A stretch of DNA of 32,000 nucleotides from Hyperthermus butylicus DSM 5456 (GTDB lineage Archaea; Thermoproteota; Thermoprotei_A; Sulfolobales; Pyrodictiaceae): contig NC_008818.1 of the NCBI RefSeq assembly GCF_000015145.1, forward strand, positions 1,620,001-1,652,000, written 5' to 3'. Both the position numbers and the translations under genes were made by a program. The stretch's first letter is position 1; each line of letters starts with the position of its first letter. Below, piece by piece: positions 25,485-32,000 of this stretch. The notes beneath the pieces are model-generated. The model was not told the origin of the DNA and made no database searches. It saw only the letters and a program-made list of their open reading frames with translations.

Positions 25485-26522
25485 CTACCAGGGGAAACGG
25501 TACCTCTCCAGCCTACCCGTGATAGCTACAAACGCTTCTCCCGGCGTTAGTACGGGCTTCCAGTAGTCACCAAGATCCTCTATTGCAAGCCTGGGACAAG
25601 ACGTTACTATGAAGGCATCGTAGTCGTCTGGCGAGAGATTGTCAAGGTATTCCCTGCTAAGCCTCTCACTGTATAGCAGCCTATAGCTTTTGCCAGCTCT
25701 TCGGAGGAGCTTCGTGACTGCCTCAACGACGCCAGGCCTATACTGGCCGGGAAGCAAGCCTACTATTACCCCAAACCTATCTGCACTCATCGCTTGTCTT
25801 ATCACCCAGTATCGTTTTGCAAGCCAGCGCCTCGCAGTACCCGTTACATTCTCCACAGTCCCGGTATATGGATCGGCACGGTAGACAGGCTTTGAAGCCT
25901 CTAGGGCCAGTGCTAAACCTATGGCGTGGAAGTAGCCACCGGCAATAACAACATAGGCGTCCGCATTGCTCCTCACTAGTGGCTGGTAGTAGCAGCCGAG
26001 AATCCTAGCTGCCGCCTTAACCTTGACCCCCCACTTCGCTAGGAGCTCTGCAACACGTATACCGAGCCTCTTGTGCTGGGCTGGGAAGCCTATGGCTAGC
26101 GTTGGGGCTTTTACGGTTTCGACGATCCGCGTTGCAAGACTGGAGAAGTCAGCACCAACATACTCACCCTCAACATAGAATACTCTTGGCGGTGTGGTGT
26201 AGAGGCATCGGCTACCCATACAGAGGGGGTAGGGGTACTCGTCGTGGCCTATGTGTACTATGGCGTCCACAAATCCTTGACTGAGGAGTTGTAACGATGT
26301 GCTACAAGACCCGTAAACTGGCTCGAGGCGGATGATTACCTCGATGTCCTCCCCTAAACATTCAGCTATGATGCTGGAGAGTTTTTCGGAGAGGTGCAAC
26401 ATGCCAGGAGGTGCTTCGAGGAGAAGCCTCTTGTAGCCATACCTCCGGACATGCTCTATGAGTTTGGAAAAATCGAAGAGATAACCATCAACTATTCTTA
26501 CACAGTCAGAGCTTCTGCTCAC
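25485..26522 (-). CDS. dph2: 2-(3-amino-3-carboxypropyl)histidine synthase Dph2 (diphthamide biosynthesis)
   Basis: 345-aa sequence typical of archaeal Dph2 (IVHIGHDEY, SCPRLAIED region), in the conserved neighbourhood with Csl4 and the methyltransferase. Confidence 0.8.
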   Translation of the reverse strand: MSRSSDCVRIVDGYLFDFSKLIEHVRRYGYKRLLLEAPPGMLHLSEKLSSIIAECLGEDIEVIIRLEPVYGSCSTSLQLLSQGFVDAIVHIGHDEYPYPLCMGSRCLYTTPPRVFYVEGEYVGADFSSLATRIVETVKAPTLAIGFPAQHKRLGIRVAELLAKWGVKVKAAARILGCYYQPLVRSNADAYVVIAGGYFHAIGLALALEASKPVYRADPYTGTVENVTGTARRWLAKRYWVIRQAMSADRFGVIVGLLPGQYRPGVVEAVTKLLRRAGKSYRLLYSERLSREYLDNLSPDDYDAFIVTSCPRLAIEDLGDYWKPVLTPGEAFVAITGRLERYRFPW

Positions 26523-26524
26523 TG

Positions 26525-27067
26525 TTATGCAGCCGCCTTAGCCTCCTCCTTTAACGGTATGACACGGATACGGGATGGTAGTGGAAGCTTTGAGGCGCCA
26601 CGCCTTAGTGCCTCCTTTGCATGGTCTAAGTGTTCCTTCTTGACCCGCACCTCTAGCACAGCCTGGCCGGGATAGACTCTTGCAGCTGTGCCAACAGGCT
26701 TGCCAAAGGCCTGCCTCATACCCTCCTGTAGACGGTCAGCACCAGCGAACGCCATCATCTTGTTCTCGCGCAACACATGGTGGGGGTACACCCTGACCCT
26801 GAAGAAGTAGTTCTGGTCGCCAATCGTTGTTGAGAGATACTTGTGCACAGCTACACGTGCCGCCTCCAGCGCGTTATGCCTTATCTGACCGCGTTCGGTG
26901 ACATAGACTTCTACTATATAGTCATAGTCGCCATGCGGATTGCCCATGACGAACTTCTGTATTTTTGGCGGTGGCACACCATGTATATACTCCTTTCTAG
27001 TGTATGGAGGCCCTGAGAATGCCTTCGACCTTCTCTTGGTGTAGCAGCGTGCTGGCTTCTGCGGCAT
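26525..27067 (-). CDS. rpl10e: 50S ribosomal protein L10e (uL16)
   Basis: [10 protein letters not shown]...[18 protein letters not shown] and [11 protein letters not shown]. Confidence 0.9.
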   Translation of the reverse strand: MPQKPARCYTKRRSKAFSGPPYTRKEYIHGVPPPKIQKFVMGNPHGDYDYIVEVYVTERGQIRHNALEAARVAVHKYLSTTIGDQNYFFRVRVYPHHVLRENKMMAFAGADRLQEGMRQAFGKPVGTAARVYPGQAVLEVRVKKEHLDHAKEALRRGASKLPLPSRIRVIPLKEEAKAAA

Positions 27068-27131
27068 AGGCTACGCCACCCCATGAGAGCCGTTTGTGTA
27101 TCCTGGTAGGGTTAAATGCTATACGCGCCCC

Positions 27132-28203
27132 CTAGGGCCTTGCAACTATTATGAAGGGGTATAGGTTTCCGTGAGCAACCCTCCTCTTATGCGTTACCCT
27201 CCAGCCGTACTCGCCCAGTAGCTTCTCGACAAAGCCATGCTCGGTGGTTATCAGTGTCATGGACTTCTGCACAACCTCCACAGCCTCCCCTATAAACCTG
27301 GCATAGAGCCCCCTAACCTCCCTCGGGCTGCCGAGCTCTTATCCCGTAGGGCGGGTTAGAGACAAGCACATCAACAGACGATACATACCTCCGCAGCTTG
27401 GTCGCATCGCCGACGATAAACTCTATCCTCTTCTCAACCATTGCTGCCCTAGCATTTAGTACTGCGCCCTCGATATGTCTTCTACTCTTATCCATACATA
27501 TGATTCTTGAGTCTTCGAAGATGTATGCCGCCTCTATAGCTATGGTTCCCCCACCACACATGGGGTCCATCACGGTATCGCCATCAGCTGCACCGGAGAG
27601 GAGAAGCATTGCATAGGCTAGTGTTGGCTTCAACGCTGCCGGGTGGTCGTATATCCTGTAGCCTCTGCGGTGCCAGGATAGTTCGCCGCCAATATCTATA
27701 CCAACCATGATATTGTCCTCTATAACCTCGACAGCAACCACCACTGCTGGATAGTCCAGGTCAACTGGCGGTCTCACACCATACCTGCTTTTCACAGCGT
27801 CTATCACGGCATCGCCTGCAACCCTTGCTATGTCTAGTGATGTGTACTCGTGCGTGCCTGCTCTTTCAGCCCTTACTGCAAAGCTTGTCCACGGCGTAAC
27901 GTAGAAGTCAACCCCACTACCTTTAACTATCTCGTAGACCTTCTCTAGACAGCTCCGTGCCGGGCAAACATTGGATTCTGCGAGCACTATCACAGCGCGG
28001 TGTATGGATCTCATCTCCTCGACGAATTCTAGCATATCCTCATCTACTTCCACGTATAGCCTGCCAAAGCCGTCTCTAGCCTCTAGGAGCCTAGCTGAGA
28101 TCTTGGCTTCTGCTTCGTGTGCAGCGATATCCTCTATACCCGGATTGGTTGTGAGTAGTAGCTTAACCAATGCTGCAGCTCCCTCATGCCTAGCACGCTT
28201 CAA
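27132..28203 (-). CDS. THUMP-domain RNA methyltransferase (COG0116/Trm14-like), interrupted by a 1-nt frameshift near 27334-27340 (tracked ORF 27313..28203)
   Basis: WHRRGYRIYDHPAALKPTLAYAML, DPMCGGGTIAIEAA and NPPYGIR motifs. The adjacent frame continues LGSPREVRGLYARFIGEAVEVV...HGNLYPFIIVARP* with a stop at 27132-27134. Confidence 0.8.
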
Positions 28204-28909
28204 GCCGCTTTCTCAGCTTCTTAGCAAAATAGTATAGCATTGATGCCTCTCCACCCGTAATACTGCAGCGCCACAGTATGTGCTTAAGTGCCGCCTTGAC
28301 CTGGCTAACTCTCTCCCTGTCGACGAGCTTCTCGGCGAGCCATGATAGGTGCTCGTATATTCGTTCCAGTGTCTCGCCGCGGGCTGGCTCGTGAAGTTGT
28401 TTTTCTCCGCGCCGCGTGTTGTAGAGTTCGTAGAGGAGTATTGCTACTGCGTGGCTTAGGTTTAGGACGGGATAGTTTGGGTTAGCTGGTATGTGGACTA
28501 GAAGGTGGCATTTTGCCAGTTCATCCCTTGTTAGTCCTACACTTTCCCTCCCAAACACGACTGCAACACTCTCATAGCGTGGCGCTATCTCCTCGGCGAA
28601 CTCGCGGGGGGTGACAGCGTGGCGAAGCACATCCGACGCCTGGCCTATCTTTGCACTCGTACATACCGCTAGATCCACACCCTTCAACGCCTCTTCAAGA
28701 CTATCAACCACTATTACACGATCCAGCATGTAGACTCCATTGGCGGCAAATCGCCTAGCCTCACTGCTTTCAGGGCTCGCAACCGGCGATACAAGGTAGA
28801 ACTCGTCTATTGCAAAGTTGGCAGCAAGCCTAGCTATAAAGCCTAGGTTAATCTCGCCCTCAACACCGACAACTACCAGCCTCACCCTTGGCGGGCCAAG
28901 ACTCTGCAA
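28190..28909 (-). CDS. SPOUT-class RNA 2-prime-O-methyltransferase (TrmJ/TrmH group)
   Basis: VRLVVVGVEGEINLGFIARLAANF N-terminus, FGRESVGLT, and HIPANPNYPVLNLSHAVAILLYEL trefoil-knot motifs. Confidence 0.75.
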   Translation of the reverse strand: MQSLGPPRVRLVVVGVEGEINLGFIARLAANFAIDEFYLVSPVASPESSEARRFAANGVYMLDRVIVVDSLEEALKGVDLAVCTSAKIGQASDVLRHAVTPREFAEEIAPRYESVAVVFGRESVGLTRDELAKCHLLVHIPANPNYPVLNLSHAVAILLYELYNTRRGEKQLHEPARGETLERIYEHLSWLAEKLVDRERVSQVKAALKHILWRCSITGGEASMLYYFAKKLRKRLEAC

Positions 28910-29529
28910 GCCCTAACACCCACTATGTCCTCGAAGAAGAAGTGTATTTTGTATCTCTCAACACCAAACCCCCTATCCCTAAGCTTTCCAACCAACTCCC
29001 TATCATCACCGCTAAGCGACGAGTATACCAGTATGATGCAGCTCGCCCATTCCCCAGCAATATCCACAATCCTCTGCGCTTCACGTAGACCCCCACTCCA
29101 TGCAAGACCCAATAGTTCATCGTACTCTTCTACGGGTAGGTACGGCGTATTATAGACGGCTAGTGTTCTCGTCCCTAGCCGCCGGATACACGTAGCATTA
29201 TCACACTGGACTATGTCAACATACGCGCTGAGGCCTAGTCTCTCAGTATTAGTCTTTGCACAATATGTCGCACAAGGATTAACGTCTATGAGCACCGTAT
29301 AGGTTTTAGTTTTCGCTGCAGTATATACTCCAAGTACGCCTGTACCACAGCCAACATCCAGAACAATACTATACCCGTTGCTTACAAGCGTCTTCTCTAG
29401 AATGTCTAGGGCTAGCCAGGTATCCTCAGCAGGCTCATACACATTCTCGCAGCATGAGAGAACAAGGTCCCCGAGCGGTGGGCAGTTACTTGTGACTCGG
29501 AGCTGGCAGCTATAGCCGGGCCTTATCAC
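28882..29529 (-). CDS. HemK/Mtq2-like class I methyltransferase (variant NTPY motif); GTG start
   Basis: VYEPAEDTWL, VLDVGCGTGVLG and AVYNTPYLP (an NPPY variant), 215 aa, in the conserved position next to ksgA. Confidence 0.7.
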   Translation of the reverse strand: MIRPGYSCQLRVTSNCPPLGDLVLSCCENVYEPAEDTWLALDILEKTLVSNGYSIVLDVGCGTGVLGVYTAAKTKTYTVLIDVNPCATYCAKTNTERLGLSAYVDIVQCDNATCIRRLGTRTLAVYNTPYLPVEEYDELLGLAWSGGLREAQRIVDIAGEWASCIILVYSSLSGDDRELVGKLRDRGFGVERYKIHFFFEDIVGVRACRVLARQG

Positions 29530-29534
29530 GGCTC

Positions 29535-30290
29535 CTACCCATTCTGGGAGTCCAGCAGCTGGATAAACTTCTCCGGCTCCAGCTGATAGACTCTTATATC
29601 TCTGCCAACAAGACCCTCAATTTTACTTAGCTCGATTCCAATGCATTTAGCTGCGACCTTTGCAGCTCTCTTATTCCTCTCTGAGAACATGCACTTGGTA
29701 AGCTCCTCAACCCTCCTCAACATATCTGGGCTGGGGGCGTCAGGCCTGGGTACTAGCTCAACTATTCTCGAGTACACCTTTGGCCTAGGCCTGAAAGCTG
29801 ATGGAGGTACCACTGGGCCTGGCTTAACATCGTAGACGAGCCTCACGAGAACCGTTATCCTGCCATAGCTTGCTGTGCCCGGCTTTGCAGCCAGCCGATC
29901 AACAACCTCTCGCTGGAGAAGCAGCAGTGCCGGTTTCCTAGCCTCGACAACTAGTAGCGAGAGCAGCGGCCCCGTGATGTTGTAGGGTATACTTCCATAA
30001 ACTGCATCCACACCTCCCAGTCTTAGCGGAGGCTCCACAGCATCAGCTATGACGGGCATGAACCCTGTAAAGTAAAAGCTTATTGAGGCAAGCTCGCCTA
30101 CGAGCCGCAAATCAAGCTCTAGGCCGGCTATCTCGACGCTACAGCTACGCAGGATCGTCGAGGTAAGAAATCCCTGGCCAACACCTACCTCAAGTAGCCT
30201 CCGAAACCTACAAGCCCAGCCAGCAAAGATTCTCGCAACCCACCTTGCAACGAGGAAGTGTTGCCCAAGTTCGCGCCTAGCTCTTAACAC
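29535..30290 (-). CDS. ksgA: 16S rRNA dimethyladenosine transferase KsgA/Dim1; GTG start
   Basis: ELGQHFLV, LEVGVGQGFLT and GSIPYNITGPLL motifs. Confidence 0.85.
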   Translation of the reverse strand: MLRARRELGQHFLVARWVARIFAGWACRFRRLLEVGVGQGFLTSTILRSCSVEIAGLELDLRLVGELASISFYFTGFMPVIADAVEPPLRLGGVDAVYGSIPYNITGPLLSLLVVEARKPALLLLQREVVDRLAAKPGTASYGRITVLVRLVYDVKPGPVVPPSAFRPRPKVYSRIVELVPRPDAPSPDMLRRVEELTKCMFSERNKRAAKVAAKCIGIELSKIEGLVGRDIRVYQLEPEKFIQLLDSQNG

Positions 30291-30299
30291 TTCTCAGCC

Positions 30300-31019
30300 C
30301 TAGCCCCCGCCACTACTCTCGCTTCCGAAGAGCCGCTTATAGATTAGTGCGAGGTAGTTTAGGAAGATGGGTCTAGACTCAATGCTTTGCAGTTCTCTAC
30401 GGGGAGGCTCTATGAAGAGGTAGTAGCGCTGCCCACCCCTTAACTCCTCAACTATTCTCTCAACAAGGATCTTGACTGGGTCTATACCAACCCTGCTAGC
30501 TATATCCTCAAAGTCCTTGAAAGGCTCTTTCTCGCGCTGCTCAAGGATTCGGAGTACAGTCTTCTTGCCGACGCTGGGTAGTAGCTCCAGACTGTGAAAC
30601 CTAAGCGTTATCGGACCAGCAATGTTGAAGAATTCTACAAATATCTGCTCTCGGTTCCGTACAATCTGCTCTACAATACTCGGCAACATACTTTTAGCAA
30701 GGCTTGTGAGGTCGTCATATTCTATCCTGTGTAGATCCATGTGCCTACGCTTCCTGACTCTATCATAATGCTCGGCGACTACATCCTTAAGGCTTACCCT
30801 CTCACCAACCTCGAGGCTGAACTCAGGCTTCACCGAGGCATCAAAGAGCACGAAGAAGTTCTCACCGATAAGCTGAGCTACGGGTCTATTCTTATGCCAC
30901 GGATGCCTATCCACCGGGTTGCCTACAGGCATAAAGTCAAGTACATATGCATAGTCTTCGCGTGGCCTAAACTCGCGGTGTCTCGCATCCCTCCTGCCAG
31001 CCCTACCGTAAGGTGCCAT
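30300..31019 (-). CDS. DUF655 (COG1491) predicted nucleic-acid-binding protein (ATG 31019; frame open to TTG 31040)
   Basis: EDYAYVLDFMPVGNP...AQLIGENFFVLFD OB-like N-terminus and a C-terminal helix-hairpin-helix-like region. Conserved neighbour of ksgA and rpoF. Confidence 0.75.
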   Translation of the reverse strand: MAPYGRAGRRDARHREFRPREDYAYVLDFMPVGNPVDRHPWHKNRPVAQLIGENFFVLFDASVKPEFSLEVGERVSLKDVVAEHYDRVRKRRHMDLHRIEYDDLTSLAKSMLPSIVEQIVRNREQIFVEFFNIAGPITLRFHSLELLPSVGKKTVLRILEQREKEPFKDFEDIASRVGIDPVKILVERIVEELRGGQRYYLFIEPPRRELQSIESRPIFLNYLALIYKRLFGSESSGGG

Positions 31020-31126
31020 TCTCCTAGACCCTCTCCACAATACTAGATGCCAGCTAGTAGCCGGTACACCCAGAAACTAAGAGAGCAAGACGTGAAGGAT
31101 TTAAAGAGAATGCCTTAGCTGGACGC

Positions 31127-31474
31127 TTAGCTCTCAACCGGGCAGTATTCCTTCAAAACCTCTAGGGCCTTAGCTATTTTCTCCTCCTCATACCCACCAT
31201 CAATGTCGCCAAGAATGGCCTTCGCCTCCTCAACATCGACAGGCACGATGTTTACAAGGATTGCAGCCGCAAATTCTGTAAAGCCTATCTCAACTATGCG
31301 GCGAAAGGCTTCCTCTGCATTATCGGGGTCGCACTTCGAGAACTTTGCCAGGTAATCGTAGGCACGTGCAACAACAGGATTCTCCTCCACGAGCCGCCGG
31401 TGCTGCTCTAGTATCTTTTTAGCAACGGGGAGAGGCACATATCTCGACTCAACTATTTCGACCAAGACTAGCAC
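31127..31474 (-). CDS. rpoF: DNA-directed RNA polymerase subunit F (Rpo4); GTG start
   Basis: 115-aa helical protein (YVPLPVAKKILE..., AYDYLAKFSK, AAILVNIVP) in the conserved position between L21e and DUF655. Confidence 0.8.
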   Translation of the reverse strand: MLVLVEIVESRYVPLPVAKKILEQHRRLVEENPVVARAYDYLAKFSKCDPDNAEEAFRRIVEIGFTEFAAAILVNIVPVDVEEAKAILGDIDGGYEEEKIAKALEVLKEYCPVES

Positions 31475-31569
31475 CCTACAGCTTCACGTCTTAACAACTC
31501 TAACCGTATTGCATGGGAGGGATAAAATGCAGATACAGCTGATATCGCGTAGCTGCACGCTCCTAGGGG

Positions 31570-31893
31570 TTACTCACGCTTTGGAGGTGTTAAAGCCTCC
31601 GGCGGTACTGGGCGCAGATGCTCGGGTCTCACGAAGAGTATCTTAGTCTTACCGCCCACCCTAACCTCGACAATGTATGCCTTTCCACGCTTACCGATTA
31701 CTGTTCCAACCTTGCCATGATATCTTTTGTGCGGCATACCCTTCATAACTGATGGATTTATGATTATGTAGACTTTGTCGCCCGGCTTGTACTCGTACAT
31801 TAGTAGGCTTAGTGGTGGTACTGCACCACGCTCACGTATGTGCTTCTTTAGCACCTTCCTAGTACGGTGCCTAAAGCCTTTGGACGGCTTCAC
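31570..31893 (-). CDS. rpl21e: 50S ribosomal protein L21e; GTG start
   Basis: KPSKGFRHRTRKVLKKHIRERG...GMPHKRYHGKVGTVIGKRGKAYIVEV. Confidence 0.9.
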   Translation of the reverse strand: MKPSKGFRHRTRKVLKKHIRERGAVPPLSLLMYEYKPGDKVYIIINPSVMKGMPHKRYHGKVGTVIGKRGKAYIVEVRVGGKTKILFVRPEHLRPVPPEALTPPKRE

Positions 31894-32000
31894 TGTTCTC
31901 CCCCGACGCCCCGCATCTATAACTAGCTAAAATAGGCTTAGCTTCCATGACGGAGTGACTCCTAGCTAAAGACTCCGAGGACGTCCAGCTCGGCACAGTA

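Noticed and set aside
1-32000. Search by eye for CRISPR arrays, tandem or long inverted repeats, IS elements and defence-system genes
   Set aside because: No regularly spaced repeats, transposases, Cas, restriction-modification or other defence signatures were seen. The methyltransferases present are all RNA or protein methyltransferase types in conserved housekeeping contexts.
31962-32000. Possible 3-prime end of another minus-strand gene running off the window edge (stop at 31962-31964 in one frame)
   Set aside because: Only about 12 codons are visible and another frame also shows a stop, so the evidence is insufficient to call.

Overview
Gene-dense chromosomal segment (about 42 protein genes plus one tRNA, many 4-30 nt overlaps, frequent GTG/TTG starts, GC in the mid-50s % by eye). 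Gene content and order indicate a hyperthermophilic crenarchaeon, Desulfurococcales-like; the species cannot be determined from sequence alone. Left third, mostly + strand: a small DUF6516/TumE-like toxin with an upstream partner ORF, hydantoinase/oxoprolinase hyuAB flanked by two ORF-free spacers of about 0.5 kb, indolepyruvate:ferredoxin oxidoreductase iorAB, an SDR lacking the canonical Tyr/Lys dyad, FAU-1, tRNA-Leu(CAG), a CopG/RHH gene, UPF0147 and UPF0148. Middle, - strand: a co-directional array of YqgF/RuvC-like nuclease candidate, Clp1 polynucleotide kinase, UbiD-type decarboxylase, and AcnX large and small subunits. The last three match the archaeal modified mevalonate pathway. A RecA-like ATPase and CDP-archaeol synthase run divergently from this array. 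Right half, - strand: conserved information-processing clusters (Nop10/aIF2alpha/S27e/L44e; GINS candidate/PriS/PCNA/orphan/TFS; RpoL/Csl4/METTL5-like MTase/Dph2/L10e; Trm14-like/TrmJ-like/HemK-like/KsgA/DUF655/RpoF/L21e). I found no CRISPR array, transposase, integrase or recognisable defence system, and no convincing novel multi-gene system. The most notable observations come from hand translation. Four genes carry apparent single-nucleotide disruptions (three frameshifts, one in-frame TAA) that each restore a family-typical C-terminus when corrected. An uncharacterised RNase H-fold nuclease candidate overlaps the Clp1 gene by about 150 nt. All family assignments are motif recognition by eye, not database searches.
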